The notes: a model not told the origin generated them from the letters alone. Numbered from the whole stretch's first letter, positions 1-14,199 are shown. The stretch is DNA of 63,966 nt, filler included, from Reticulomyxa filosa (GCA_000512085.1; 18 parts of 18 records of this genome joined end to end with filler, not necessarily neighbours in it), one strand, 5' to 3'. Program-made: numbers and translations.

Positions 1-679
1 GGGACAAAAAAAAAAGGCAGAAAAAAAACATATCGTTCTTATGATGGCGTGCTGTCTTGATCTTTTTCTTTCCGAAACTGCCACAAACCTGGAAAGATTT
101 ATAACACCCTTTTTTTTATTTTTGTTTTTATTGGCTTTCTTCTCAAATATCAAGCCAGGCACACAAAAAGACATTATTTTCGCAATCCATTCAACTGAAA
201 AGTTAGTTGCGAAAAGATAACAAAAATTGAGAAGAAAGAGTAAAAATTTATGATTGAAAAAAAGAATCATTCACAATTTAAAATATGTCCTCCAATGGTT
301 ATGTGTAGTGTGGTTCTTTTTTTAACTGGGAAAATTTACGTAACAAAATGAACAAAAGAAAAGAGAAAATTCGTAAGATAACAATTTTACAGTTTTTGAA
401 GCTATTTTAAAAACGACGCTGATAACGATATCAAGTACGGTCTGAAAATCAATCAGATTGTAGAAGAAGTGTTCTTGGACAATTTCTAATTCAATTGCAT
501 CAGCACCAATAAGCAATGCTTGATTTTCGAATAACACAATATACAAATCACTGGGCGTTGTTTAGGATACAGCTATATTAAAATAATACTGGCTAAACGC
601 AAAGCAAAAACAACATAATATATCTCAAATCATTGATTTTAAAAACAAAAAAATTAATACAATTAACAGAAAGTTATTA

Positions 680-990
680 TAAATAATTTGAATATTTGAG
701 ATACTACATAAATCAAAAACTCGATTGATATATAGTAGTAAAAAAAGTTTATAAGAGTATCACAATATGACTATGAAAATATGAAGTGATGAAGTAATTA
801 CAACTGGATACTGTTTGTAAGTTGCAGTTGCACTAATAATTGGCAAATGTTCCGTGGGATGTAAAATCAGAACAAAAAATACAAGAATTAAAAGGATGTT
901 CTAAGCGTATATTAGGAATTGATATTTCACCAAATGGCAATATAATAGCATCAGGCTCTAGAGATCGTATAATTCGAATTTGGGGATAAA
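680..990 (+). pseudogene. Degenerate WD40-repeat gene fragment
   Basis: Translates to WDVKSEQKIQELKGCSKRILGIDISPNGNIIASGSRDRIIRIWG*; upstream repeat broken by stops and frameshifts. Confidence 0.8.
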
Positions 991-1000
991 AATAAATAAA

Positions 1001-1100
1001 NNNNNNNNNNNNNNNNNNNNNNNNNNNNNNNNNNNNNNNNNNNNTTAATTAATTAANNNNNNNNNNNNNNNNNNNNNNNNNNNNNNNNNNNNNNNNNNNN
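1001..1100. other. Artificial contig spacer N44-TTAATTAATTAA-N44. Repeats at 6993, 8302, 15457, 18510, 23370, 26997, 36734, 38496, 39689, 40983, 45650, 46750, 49906, 55222, 61514 and 62867 (100 bp each)
   Basis: Identical N-padded linker carrying stops in all six frames, 17 times. Confidence 0.99.
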
Positions 1101-1325
1101 GGCAGACATGTTCGGAAGTGTAGTTAACATGTCTGATTTACCATTATATCTGATGATTGATCCAATTACATGTGGGGTATTTTGTCCCAGCATTGCTTGC
1201 AGTAGAGCCATTGGGGTAAATACACCTTACCTCGACCGTCCGGATCGCCTTACAAGCATTGCTATCAGCAAATGGGTTTCGGTTTTGCCCGAGGTTCAGT
1301 AGAAGTTACTGACCCTCGGAGTTCT
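1101..1325 (-). mobile_element. 5' end (UTR plus ORF1 start) of a second, diverged non-LTR retrotransposon copy, cut by the contig end
   Basis: Colinear similarity to 2720-2912; encodes GDPDGRGKVYLPQ versus GDLDSRGKVSLPQ in the other copy. Confidence 0.7.
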
Positions 1326-1329
1326 CTTT

Positions 1330-3100
1330 CTTGGTCCGGAATTTCTTGTCCTAGACGATGTTTGAAATCCTTATTTTACTTTTAAATCTCCTTCAATACT
1401 TAAAAGATGTCGAAGTATCTTGACACTTCCAACTGCAATCTCTTTCAAAATACAACTTTTTAAGAAAAGTTAATATTAATATGAAGGTTGTTGCAATAAA
1501 CAGATATGGTGCTGCTTCTGATGCAAATTTTTTTTTAATATTTGGCCTGGGATAAAATCCGTTGATGTTATTCTGGAATACTAATAGACAGCTGATTATG
1601 GATCTGCTCGCATATTGGTATTCGCAACGTTAATTTTCTCTTGATCGATTTCCAATTCCCATCTGAATCAACATTGGGTTAATTGATTGCAATAAATATT
1701 GCTGACTTAATCTCTGCTAATTCACATTTTAGTCTTATATTTCTTATTCTGCAGCCTTTAATCATTATTATTATTTCTTTACTCTTTTTTCTATTGGTTC
1801 TCTTGTCTATTCTTGCTTTATTTCCATTTAATCCTTGTCCTTTGGCAGCATCAGTATAAGAATAATTCTTTGGTTGTCGCTGTACTGGAATAAGTTTAGA
1901 TGCATTCTTCTTCAGGAATGCATCTTTCTTCTTTGTCAATTTAATACAAGCTTTTCTCTTGCTTTGCGAATCACATCACATTGCAATGGATCGTTTGGAT
2001 GCTGCTTTCAGCATAAAATACATTTGTGTTTTTTTTGTTTTGTTTTTTTCATTGTGTCTGCATTTTACCGCTTCTTGATTTGCCAATCCACAATACTTAC
2101 ATACTTTGTGCTTCCTTGGGAATCACGAACAATATAGTTTAATCTATAACATTTCCTGCATTGCTTGAAATGCGATTTGGTACCTTGATTTGCCTTTGAA
2201 TATCCAATCTGAATATCATTCTCTTTCAATATCTTGACAACATCTTCAGTATTGGATAGAAGCGCCTTGACAATTGGCATGTTATGGAATCGTTTAACTT
2301 CTTGTATTTGATATCCATAATCTTCCAACGTGTTGCTGATTTATTCTTTGGATTTAATTGGAGTTATGACTATCGTTGGAACGTTGGAGCAAAGAATTTC
2401 ATATTCTTTTTCCACATGTTCTCGAATGTAATCCATCAACTTTCTTTTCGTCGTTGTGTTGCGAATTTGAACTTGACACAACAACTTGCAAGTTGAGTTA
2501 TAATGCTTTCACTTCTTCATTTATTAATCTATCATCTTGTGGTTTCCTTTTCGTTATGTTCCTTTTAATCTTGTTATTATCAATATTTACCTTGTTTTGC
2601 TGCTTCGTCATTCCATAATCTTGGGAATTTGATAGTGCGGAATTTGGAATATCAATACCATGATCAATTCCATTTCCAATGCCACCATATATACCATCAT
2701 CAAATGATTCACTAGAGTCATACATGTTCTGCATGTCTGCCTTACCATTGGATCGGATGCTTGACCCAATTCCATTTTGTCTCAATATGGCTTGCAGTAG
2801 ATCCGGTTGGGGTAAAGACACCTTGCCTCGACTGTCCAGATCGCCTTCATATCAGCGATTGTGTTTTGGTTTTGCCCGATGTTCAGTATGAGTTACCAGA
2901 CCATCGGAGTTCCGCCAAAAACAAGACTGGTGTTTGCCTCGAGATTGCTAATTTCCCTAAGTGTCGAACACCCTTAATACTAAGCTATAATCGATACCCT
3001 CTCACACAAGCCTCTCGTTGCCAGTAAAAGAGTTACTATCTCAGTTACCAGGAGTTTGCATCTCGGTACACTTAATGCAACTGATGGCAATATACGCTGC
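1330..3100 (-). mobile_element. Decayed non-LTR retrotransposon (LINE): ORF1 with three Zn knuckles plus the first codons of an APE-endonuclease ORF2; no RT present; 5' boundary approximate
   Basis: Across frameshifts: CRKCYRLNYIVRDS, CKYCGLANQEAVKC, CILC*KQHPNDPLQC, then SYTDAAK; ~1550-1590 reads LLVFQNNINGF, matching the APE N-terminal xxxQxNxNG motif. Confidence 0.8.
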
Positions 3101-4399
3101 AAAATTTAAAAATCACTTCCACATCTCACAGTTACACACCACACAAAGATGCAGAACCGACTACTATACCCCCGAAAATGAACTGCAACAAAAGACTTGC
3201 CAAAGGGTAAAAGGTTAAAAACATTACTACAGTAATAATATCACAAATCCAACTACTATAAAAAAAATTTTCTTGAATTTTCTCGATCTCTGAAATTTCT
3301 TGACCACCGAAATCTTAACACTCACTTTTCAAGTCTTTTTTTTTAACAAAAAAATCAATATTGCTAATTTCTCAAAGGCGTCGAACAATCTTATGTATGC
3401 AAAATTCGATCTTATGATTTTATTTTTATATCTTATATTAGAAATTAAAACTATGTTCAAATGCTTTTTGTTATTTCCACATTCTGTAATGAATTTTTCT
3501 TTTATGAAATAAATCTTTTTTAAATTAATTGTAAAGTATGAACAAAATTGTAATATTTTTCAGCATTTTGAAAAGAAAAGTGAATACTACCCACGAAAGC
3601 TTTCATTGATAAGTTTGAATATTCCTTCGCTTATGCAACATAAAACTAAAATTGAATTTCCTTACAGAGAGCTCAATATAGGCCAAAAAGACGTTTTGAT
3701 TAAAATACCAACTTGCTGTTTGAATTAACTGAAAACAAAATGATGCAAATATTGGCTAAGAAATCAGGAAAGCAATGCAAAAGTGGAAGTTTCTGATTGT
3801 GTGTTATGTGTTGATATTGCATCAAACTATTATACAACTTCATCATCTTATAACAAAATAATTCTAATTTTTTCTTTCACCACTTTCGCTTCTTCAAAGC
3901 AGTTGAATGAACTATCTCTTTGTCGACTTTGGCTAAATAATCGGAATTGTACCATGTGAATCTTCACACTACGTCTTTAACAATTGTCTTTTTCGTCAGA
4001 TTAGTGTTAGATTTGGAAGGGGGAATATTTTGTAGAGTTATGATCGCCATAGTGGAAGAAAAACATGCAGACACCAATGGAGAAAAAGGCAAGAAAAACA
4101 GACAAAAAATATCTAAACATTATCAATCAAAACATAGGGAAAAAAACAAAAACAATAAAAAAAATAGCAACAAAAGACCACGCTGTTGAGTGGTTAAATA
4201 TTAAGTGTAATAATAAAACACCAACAACAGCAAAAAAAAAATATACAAGTTTTTTAATATTTTCTTTTTCTCTCTTTTGCTTTTTGACATTGTTATATCC
4301 AAAGTGCAACAATTGAATATTTTTATATTTCTTTCCACAAAACAAAATTTTCAAATACAAAAAAACTGCACGTTGGACACTGCATGAGAAAAACCAATA

Positions 4400-6992
4400 A
4401 ATAACGAAGATTCAAAAAAGAAGAAGAGAAAAAAAAGAGAAAAAGATACACTCAAAATCAATGCTGTATCTACAAAATAAAGTGAACTGAAAACCAACCT
4501 TTGAGGGAGAAAAAAAACAACGAAACAAGTCTGAAAATATATCAAGAATTCTCTTTTTTTTCTTCAATAAAGTTTTCAACAGCAATTGGATTTGGATCAG
4601 GCTGTTCGGATTTGTCCAAGATTGCCTCCTGCAACACATCATCCATGACCTCTTCACAATGTCTGCTAAATCGTTTCAAAACGTCTCTGTAGCCATCGGT
4701 GGAGGCTCTTTTCGTTCGAACTTTTGGCAAAAAGGGGTTAACCCCTGGTCTGGAAAACGGAGTGTAATCACCAGTAACTGTACTTTCCGTGTCTTCGTGG
4801 TGACCATTGTTATTGTTATTATTATTATAATTGTAATTGTCATTGTTGTTAGTATTATTATTATTGTTATTGTTATTGTTATATGTTTGAACATGATCGT
4901 CATTTTGGCTGCGATCATCATAGTCACCTTTTTTTTCATTGGTTGGATCAGAAGCAACTTTTGATCTCCACATTTGTCCATTTGTTTCTTTTGGCTGCTT
5001 TGTTAGAACGAACTCTTTCTCTTCTCTCTCGTCTTCGCTGCTGTCATGTTCCTCATGAGACTGACTTACCTCGGTCGCATTCTTCGTCGAACTGCCATTG
5101 AGAGCCTTGTTGCTATCTTTGGTCCAATTCGCTGGAGATTTTGTGATCGGCACTTGTGACTCTCTCTGCTCAAAAAAAAAAAAAGAACAACAGCAAACAG
5201 CATCGTATGTTTTTGCAATGGATAAGTTATTTGTTTGCAATAGATAACTCGAGGCAATGGAACCGGGGATTTGGATTGAAATTGAATCTGATACGTTGTC
5301 GTCGATTGGGGAATGTCTTTTCTCAACTGTTGCAATCTGACGGTGATTTGATCGATTTTCGATTGCCATTGCAAACATTGGCGCGTCAATTCTTGATTCC
5401 AGCCATTGCTTTGTGCTGGCAATAAAAAGTGTTTTATGTCTTGGAGGTTCTTACTGTTTAGCCATAAGTTCAGTTCTTGACAGACCTCTGACCATTTGTC
5501 ATTCTTCGACGTTGTTTGATTTAACATCTGTACACTCTTTTTTTTTTTTTAAAAAAAAAAAAATTATTCGTTTCGTCGAATCTTCCATTTATTTCATTTT
5601 TTTAAAATATTACTTTTTTGACAAGTTTTTGAATATCGACAAGCAAGCTGATCGACCTTTGAATGAACGAGTCGTAGGGCTCGACGTCTTTCAAATTTGA
5701 TCGAATCGAGGTAAGGTTTAGCACAATGTCGTCGATTTGAGTACGAAGCTGGACGTGCATACAAAAGTGAAAGCCAAAGACCCCTTTGTGCTCCTCTTTC
5801 TCGGTAATGATGATTGGACAATTGAAGAGACAAAGGAAAGAAAAGGAAAGGAGGGGGGAGTTGTACTTAACACTTGGCGTATTGCTCGACGCTTTGGCAT
5901 TGGTTGTCATTAGTTCGATATGCTCTTCTAGCTGTTTGCATCGCTTCGCTTCCGTCTCGAGCTTACGCTCGCATATTTCGTGATTCTCTCGTTGCTTAGC
6001 ATTTCGTCCACAAAACACAACTCAAGTATAATGAAAAACAACAACAACGTGGAATGGAGGAAGAGGAAAGGTACCCCTTTTTTTTTAATGTAATGTAGAA
6101 GTGAGGGAGGGGAGAAAAAAAAGAAAGGATACACGATAAGCAATTAATCTCCGTACACGTGCGAGTGAGAGGGAAGGAAAAAAAGAAAAGACAAAACTTG
6201 ATCATTTTGGGTGATCAGCCTCGCAATTTCGTCATTAAATTGGTTGCACTTTTTGTTAAACTTGTCTTCGTTTTCTTGAATAGTTTGTTGCAGACGCGCA
6301 TTTTCTTGACGAAGTTCACTTAGTTGCTTTTCGCAGCTACTCAATTGATTTTTGTATTTGCGCGTTTTTCTGTTTTATTTATGTTTTGTTTGTGCGTTCG
6401 CCTTATTTCTTTACTTATTTGAATGTATTCAGTTATTATCTGTCTTATGTTTAATGTGAACATTAGCACCCAACTCAATTTGTCGATTCGTTTCTGCATT
6501 TAAATCGCAGTCCACAGGAGCCAATATTACTGTGCCATTGACCATGGCAGCTGTTTTACGCATCATTCAATATACCCATGTCAACATGTACATATATACA
6601 TATACATATGTACATATATACATATACATATACACATTTATATATGTGTATATGCATATGTATATATGTATAAAGCAACACAAAAAATACATGCGCAGTA
6701 AAAAAGGATATGACAGCGCATACACAAAACGAACGAGCATAATAAGTAGACGCAAAAGGGAGAGCTGATGGAACAGACGAAGATTGTTGTGTCTGTGTTT
6801 GCGTCTGAGCCTGGGCTTGAGTCTGGGTTTGTGTCTGTGTCTGTGTCTGTGTCTGTGGAAGGTCGGCAAAGCGAACGTGGATAGGTTCGGCATTGGACGA
6901 AGGCAAGGGTTTGCTCTTTCTGCGATGTTGACTTGCATGTTGGGACTTGGGTCTCGGTCCGTAATTATTGGAATGATGGTGCTGATGATGAT
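4400..6992 (-). CDS. Multi-exon coiled-coil/low-complexity protein of unknown function, 5' truncated; boundaries approximate
   Basis: Successive minus-strand exon-like ORFs (6556-6906, 6144-6344, 5602-6018, 5066-5527, 4542-5378) separated by T-rich or (TA)n introns; TQ and poly-N tracts. Confidence 0.6.
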
Positions 6993-7092
6993 NNNNNNNN
7001 NNNNNNNNNNNNNNNNNNNNNNNNNNNNNNNNNNNNTTAATTAATTAANNNNNNNNNNNNNNNNNNNNNNNNNNNNNNNNNNNNNNNNNNNN

Positions 7093-8250
7093 ACAGACGG
7101 GAAAAGTTCGGAGTGGAATAAAATACCTTGCATGACGGAAAAAATATTGGAAAAACATGGAATAGTAGCCAAACTGCATCGAAGTCAATTTCGTTGCAGT
7201 GGCGAGTTGTTCTTCAATCCATTGGAAGCACAAATGCAAAACGAATTGTTGTTGAATAGCAGTGAGAATGGAAATGGTAATAACACAAATACTACTGCAA
7301 TCAATGGCAATAATAATAATAATAATATGAATAGTAATAGAACACAATCAGTGATCGGAGGGAGGTTTCGTGTGTCAACAGATATTGACAACGCGAAAGA
7401 GGTTCCTCCATCGTATTTGCTAGAAAATGACAACGACGATGACAACGATCGCCTAACATCGTTTTACAACACGTACGGGCCATTATCGGATGAGCACAGC
7501 TCGTCGCCAGGTGCTTGTCATTCATCGTATTCGCGGACAGGAGGCGTGCCATTGAAGAAGAAGTATCACTACAAAGAGCACGTGGCGGAAGAGGCCATTC
7601 AGTCGTGCCGTGTGAAAAAAAGACTCAATCGCAAAAATGGCGGCGAAGTCATTACCGTGAGCGAGACCAAAGTCACTCCTTGCACGACTCACACATCTGA
7701 TCTCACCGCGGCACTTGCTCATCGCGATCTCAGTGATGTCTCTTCCAACATTGCTTTGTACCGTTGCGACGCACGTCCTAAAGAAGCCAACAAATATTGT
7801 ACGGTGAAATGGCTCGGACCAATCCCCTATTCTTCTTCTTCTTCTTCTTCTTCTTCTTCCTCTACGGGTGCGAGTCCAAGTGACAAAAATGCAAACGCAG
7901 GCAATTCAAACGATAATCCTAAACACACACTGCCCGTGGGCGATAGCGACAGCTTTGCGAATGGCTCGACAGTCGGCATCGGCATCAACTTTGAAAGCCG
8001 CCAAGTGCTGTTCACTTTAAACGGGGTATTGGTCAAAGAGTTTGTAATGGAAAACTTTTATCCGACTGAGCCAATGCACGTGGTCGGGTTTTTGAAGCAG
8101 TTTGGAAACGAGCTGCAATTCAACTTTGGACAAAGGCCGTTCTTGTTCAATCTGGATTTGCACTTTCGAATGGAAAAATTCAAGTCAAGAAACTATTATG
8201 GAAAGTATATCAAACCTATCATGTCTTATCAAAACTTTTGCAAACACAAA
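7093..8250 (+). CDS. SPRY-domain protein, partial (internal exon)
   Basis: FANGSTVGIGINFESRQVLFTLNG...LQFNFGQRPFLFNL are SPRY C-terminal motifs. Confidence 0.8.
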
Positions 8251-9059
8251 GTTATATATATATATATATATATGTATAATTTGTTTGTTTAAATATTACG
8301 GNNNNNNNNNNNNNNNNNNNNNNNNNNNNNNNNNNNNNNNNNNNNTTAATTAATTAANNNNNNNNNNNNNNNNNNNNNNNNNNNNNNNNNNNNNNNNNNN
8401 NTAAAAAAGATGAAAATTTGCAATTTTTTGGAATATTTTGACAAATAAAATGAAAAAAAGAATTGTTAAAATTTTTGTTTATTATTTCATTTATGATTCT
8501 ACATTGTGATTCCAAAAACAGAAAATTGAACTTAATTTTTTTTTTTTAAATAGATCATTATTTTTTGATTAACGACTTTTCTCTTTCAGAGAAAAAGTTT
8601 TCCCTTTTTAGAAAAAGTTCTCTTGAACATTACAAATGTGGTTTGATTCTTCTCTCTTCAAACAACCTAACAAGCCAAAAGTATACAACATGGAGCTCGC
8701 TTTTGAGGATTCCTTCTCCAATGTACTCCTCTGCAAAACTGCGACAGCTGCCGAAAAAGAAAGAAGTTCCTCTTTTTCGGAATTATCATCAATGGAAGAA
8801 ATGTTTGATACCAAACACAAAAAAATAGATGGAAAACAACAGGTAGGTGTACAATACAATCAACCTGATGATTCATTATCAAAACATGTGAATCTTCAAC
8901 TTGCGACTATTGGAACAAACATCATAATTTCTGAACATTGCATGAGTGAGGGGATCGGTATTAGCAAATATAATTTTAAAACTCTGATCTCTTATAAAAA
9001 AAAAAAATATAAAAAAAGGACTCCATCATAGAATCCCCAACAGTAAAAAAAAGTCAACT

Positions 9060-10430
9060 TAATGAACCCCAACAAAATTTACAATTGTTTTTGAAATTAA
9101 GACCCTCTAAAGTAAATTTGACGAAAAAAAGGAATCCGATCATTGATGGATACGCTACATCGACGGTTGAGTATGCGTCAAGACTGCGGCATACTCCAAG
9201 CGAGAGGTATCTTGAAACTAACGAAAGGGTTGATGACAATGATAACGGATTTTGAAAATTTTGTGCAGCTGGACGAACAGCCATACTACTCAAGTACTCG
9301 TGACTACGTCGTCGGTAATCGAGTCGAATTGATTAATAATAGAAAAGGTGTTTTTTAAAATATACTTACATATTATGTATACATAAGTATAAATAATGTA
9401 CACATAATGTACATATATACATGCATATGTTATGTTGTAATCCTTTTTTTTTCCATTTTTTAATTTGTTGAATTGCATATCGATTTTTGACAGCTTAAAA
9501 AAAATAATCTATTGACTTTTTGCAGGTGTAATCAAATAAATTGGAAAAAACGATTGGTTCGACATTGAATTGGACGAATTCAATATAAAAGGTCACAACG
9601 GCAACAACAAAGAGGGCCATGGCTTATTTGTCACAAGGAAGATAATTGTCAAATGACAACCACAATGAAGAAATATTCTCGAAGTGGGCGACTGTGTCTT
9701 GCTTATGAAGAGATTTACAGCAACGAGTTAAACATAGATAATACGATACATTAGAAAAGATACAAAAGGAGAGGACGTATACAACATTGACTTGGATGAA
9801 AAATATCGATGGATAGCACATATTTCGCGTGCAGGTTTGTTATTGTTTGTCAATTGCCATTGAGATAGAATGGAGATTAGGATAAATGAACAAGACAAAA
9901 TTCAACATATATACTATATTTTTTTTTTAAAAAGACATGGACGGCGGAAACGTATAATCAAAATGGCAATTGAAGAAGACGATGTTCAAAATACAATATA
10001 AGAGGTCGAGTGAAATTGGGCCGTGGACGTCATAGACATTGAAGATACGAACGAAGAAGAAATATATGGCATCAAGATCAACATGTGGACTGGAGAATCA
10101 ATAAACGCCGAGGTCGGACGAATAAGGCGTTTTTGTGTGAAGCACGGACATTGCATAACTCGCTCACGCTTCAACATTACAGCCAATTTGCTGTCCAGCT
10201 CGACCAAGACAACAGCGCAACTCGAAAGAGTCTCAAGATGGTGAACTCGAAGAAAAAGACAATTGAGTGAGATCTTGGAATTGATCAATGACGTGATGGC
10301 CACGATCCGTTTTATCGGTATCACGCATTTCACGACAGACGAGAAGATAGATGTGGAGTTGCACGATGGCACGTACAAAAGGAATACGTTACTTTACACG
10401 TTCGCCAAAGCGATGGTTATTTGATAAAAA
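9060..10430 (+). pseudogene. Degenerate multi-CAP-Gly-domain gene
   Basis: YVVGNRVELINNRKG|VIK*IGK..IELDEFNIKGHNG; EIYGIKINMW..RFCVKHGHC; ATIRFIGITHFTTDEKIDVELHDG; several stops and frameshifts. Confidence 0.7.
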
Positions 10431-13400
10431 AAAAGTAAAGTGTCACCACAATGATAATCAGAGTCGCCAATATTTGAAATGACGATACCCAGAATGTGAA
10501 AGCGAGTTTTTAAAGTTGCGAACTCTACTGGAGCTTACAAAGGCTTCAGTGTGGTGGTGTGCCCGCTGCTATCGCCATGAGCAAATTCACCAAAGGAAAT
10601 TGATTTTTTTTCCAATGTTCGAAATGTGTGCAAAAGGTCGACCTGTGTTTGGATTGCATATTGAAACTACACTGATTAATGATAATCTCGATAGAAGATA
10701 TCCACGATCTTCAAGCTCGGTATCGCCAGGTGAACGGGCAATACATCTTTGAGGAATCGATATTGACGACGCAATATACAAATTGTCTCACGTGATGAAA
10801 GAAAGAGGATTCCGCATTGGATTTGTTTTTTTTTAAAAAAAAAGGACAATCTGTTGGCTTTACTTTGGTTATGAAATGGCTCTTCACACCAGCGAGTGGC
10901 GACTTTGCGCATTCTTAGACGTGGACTAAATCCACATAGTGCTCTCCCCAATTGAGGCTACTGAACTGGTGTGGCAATGTCAAGCGCAGTGCCAATGATA
11001 ATGACGACGACGACAACGAAACGCAGTCAATGTTCTCTTTTACTCATTCGTCAATTATTTCAACACATTGGACTGGTATTATGTGCGCAAATATTTGGGT
11101 GCTGATGCTGTATTCCATAGACTTTGACTTGGTACGCGGAAGAGGTACAAAAAGCGGCAATGTCGTCGCTATTGTTACGAATTGTTCGGTTACCAAAAAC
11201 CGTATCACTCGGATTGAAAAGTAGAAAGGTCTGCTATATTGACAAGACCGCCACTCAAAATGGTAGCTCTAGAGGACGAGCTTTTCAATGATCACAACTT
11301 CCATCAAGTATTCCGTTATTTTGCACGATTGAACAGCTTGGAGGAAACATTGTCATTGAAACCAAAGCGCACATTCGAACACAAGAATCTAAGGAATTGC
11401 TATACTCAGTTGGTCATTTGTGCATCTGTCCTCTTCCCTGTTACCTGATGCTATAATCGTGCTTGGGTCCATTGTTTGAAAAAGTTTTTTTTATGTACAT
11501 ATATCAACATCACAGCTTATACGTATATTTTATTTATTTATTTATATGCATGTGGTATGTTGCTTGAAATTTTTTTAATGGATATTTAAAGGTGTACAAA
11601 TGGAAATGCGTACATCACATGAATTTTGGATCGCAGATGGACAAATTGTTGCTGTTACATTGCTATTGGTGCTGCAGTGAGTCCCCAGCAATAATGGCAG
11701 CAGTATCGATTGTTGTTGCAGTACATGAAGGTAAAAAAATGGCAACATTGTAGTCGAATTGTTGCGTGGAAATCCAATATGTTGATTCATGGAGGCCACA
11801 CTACAACACGTGCACATATCATTTATCCAATGAAACATAATTGTTCATCATTGAACAAATATCTATTTTAGTGACGGCGTGCATCGAGTATGCGCTTTGA
11901 ATGACGTATAATTTGAAAAAAAATGAAGGTCCATATCGTGTAATGTGACCCATATTGATTGAAAGAAAATCGAACAATTGAAAGATGAACTGGTCATTGT
12001 CGTGATGATATGCGCAGCCTATATTCCAAGTTATAATGTTTTCTCAAATATGATTGAACATGTATGATCAATACACACGCATATAACATAGGTCTCCTAA
12101 GAATACAATACCTGTCAGTCGAGAAATTGGAAAGTGGCTGTAGTGGTTGCGGTGCCAGTAAGAAGGTTGAAGCGAAGTACAACAACACCAAATCTGTGTC
12201 ATATTTAATCTTAAGTATTTGACACTAGCATCAAATTTTTTTTTATTGGAAAAATTTGTCCTTGTGTAAATTTTACTTTCTTTATTTTTTTTTAATGATA
12301 ATTTTAACGTCTTACCTCCACCTCAACTGATATCTTAGTCAATTATATTCGTCCTAAAAAATTTTTGAACTTTAATGTTTTAAACCTAAAAGCGCCTTTT
12401 TCCTCCATGTTCAACTTTTTTTTATTTAGAGGTTTCACTGCGATGACAGTTGTTCAAGTCAGTTTGAAAAAAACAACCAAACAATAATTTTTCAATTTGT
12501 AAATCCCTAATCCCAAGTACTTGATTGCAACGATTTTGTTTCACATTAATGGAACGCCCATCGACTTGTTTTCATTTCCTTCAAAGGCTTTCACCATGCA
12601 CTGTAATGATAATTCATGTATTTCACCAATCGATTTCAATATTTTCCAACCTTAACAAAAACTTGAAACATATTGTCAATCCTTATCATCATGTTTGCTA
12701 GTTTTTGTTTTTTTTCATCTTCCACGCGAATAATTTTTGTTTGATTTGAGCAAGATCAAAGCATCCCGACTCCCACAGTTGTGTCAAGTGGTGCATGAGG
12801 ACCCAGCCAATTTTCTACAATAATCCAATTTTCGTTAAGAAAATCCTGTCTTGAAAACCGATTTCTTTTCTTCTTGGTACCTACAACTGACCAATATTGG
12901 CCTAATCCAATGAGCGATTCATTGCCCTCATCATCACCAATATTTATTGGTAATATAATTAGGACGCGTTGTTAGTAAGAAGCATGCTTGGTTGCATCAA
13001 ACTGTAACGAATTTTGTCGGCGTATTGAAATGGTGTGAAGGAGCCATGACAAAGAATAAGACACTTCCTATGCATGAAATTGTTGTTGTTGAAGCTGCTC
13101 CACTGATCGAGAGATTCTTTGATAATAAGTAAAGATTTACCAAACACCATCAACCCGCTCGCTTGACCGTCCATATACTGGATTAATTTGAGTGTCATTG
13201 TGAGATTGAATGCATTGTCTTAATACTTGTTATTGTTTTTAGACAAACGCATACTCATCCTCTGAGATTTATTTACCACCACTTTTCTTCGTATTCATAC
13301 ATAACCAATTCTTCTGAGTGACCAATATATTTTTCCAGAGGCACTTGTACCTATAAACTTTTTCACGAACAGATAAACAGTGCATAATCATGAATATTGA

Positions 13401-14199
13401 CCAAACGCACATAAACTCCAAACTTTTTGGAAAGGCAATTCGAGCTCAAGTTTTCGATGACATCCCGTTTGTCCAGGTTCATTCCAAGGCGGCCTTTGTT
13501 GGTCCTCTCTTAATTCGATCAAAGCCTCCTATGTAGTGGACGATGACAATGCGACTATCTTGCGTGTGGACGCGATCTAACTTGTTAACATCCACAAATT
13601 CGTGATTGGACTACATCGCTGCATACAAGTTCAGTTCGGACAATTGTGAGAACTTTGTAAATGTCTTTCATGGCCATGTCTCGTCGAAACTTGCCTTTGC
13701 CATCATGGCCTTGAGTGAGTGGTTTATCCAAATCGATTCCACGCCGATTAACTTTTCACCTTTGCCAAAGTCAGAAGACCTGGAAATGAAAACCTTCTGC
13801 GAATTTCAGCCAACGGATAGATCGAGCGTGCTCATTACCCGAAGACAAAAATACGCAAGACGACGAGTTTTAACGGAATCGTCAGTTTACCGTTATCAGC
13901 AAAGATTGAGAAAAAGTTGAATCAGAGCTAGTTGTTGGTGTGGGCAGCATTATCGCGTTGAAGAAGGAGTTGATATATGTATATGTGCATATATATTTTT
14001 TTTTTTTGGAACACATTATTTTGTAAAAACATTTGGATTGAAACTGTTTTGGATTTTAGATTGTCGGATACTCTGAGATTGTTTCGGGCTGTTTGTCACT
14101 CGGCACTTCTGTGCACGTGCGCATTTTCACTGTTAAGTCCACATCGCCATGATTTGCGCTCAAAATATCTTTTTTTTCTATTCAGTTATCAAATAAGGT

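Noticed and set aside
2860-3060. Complete HDV-like ribozyme in the LINE 5' UTR
   Set aside because: No convincing P1/P3/L3 elements found by eye; only the hairpin is supported.
6556-6938. YI/CL/HR dipeptide-repeat ORFs
   Set aside because: Off-frame translations of (TA)n intron microsatellites and a TQ-coding repeat.
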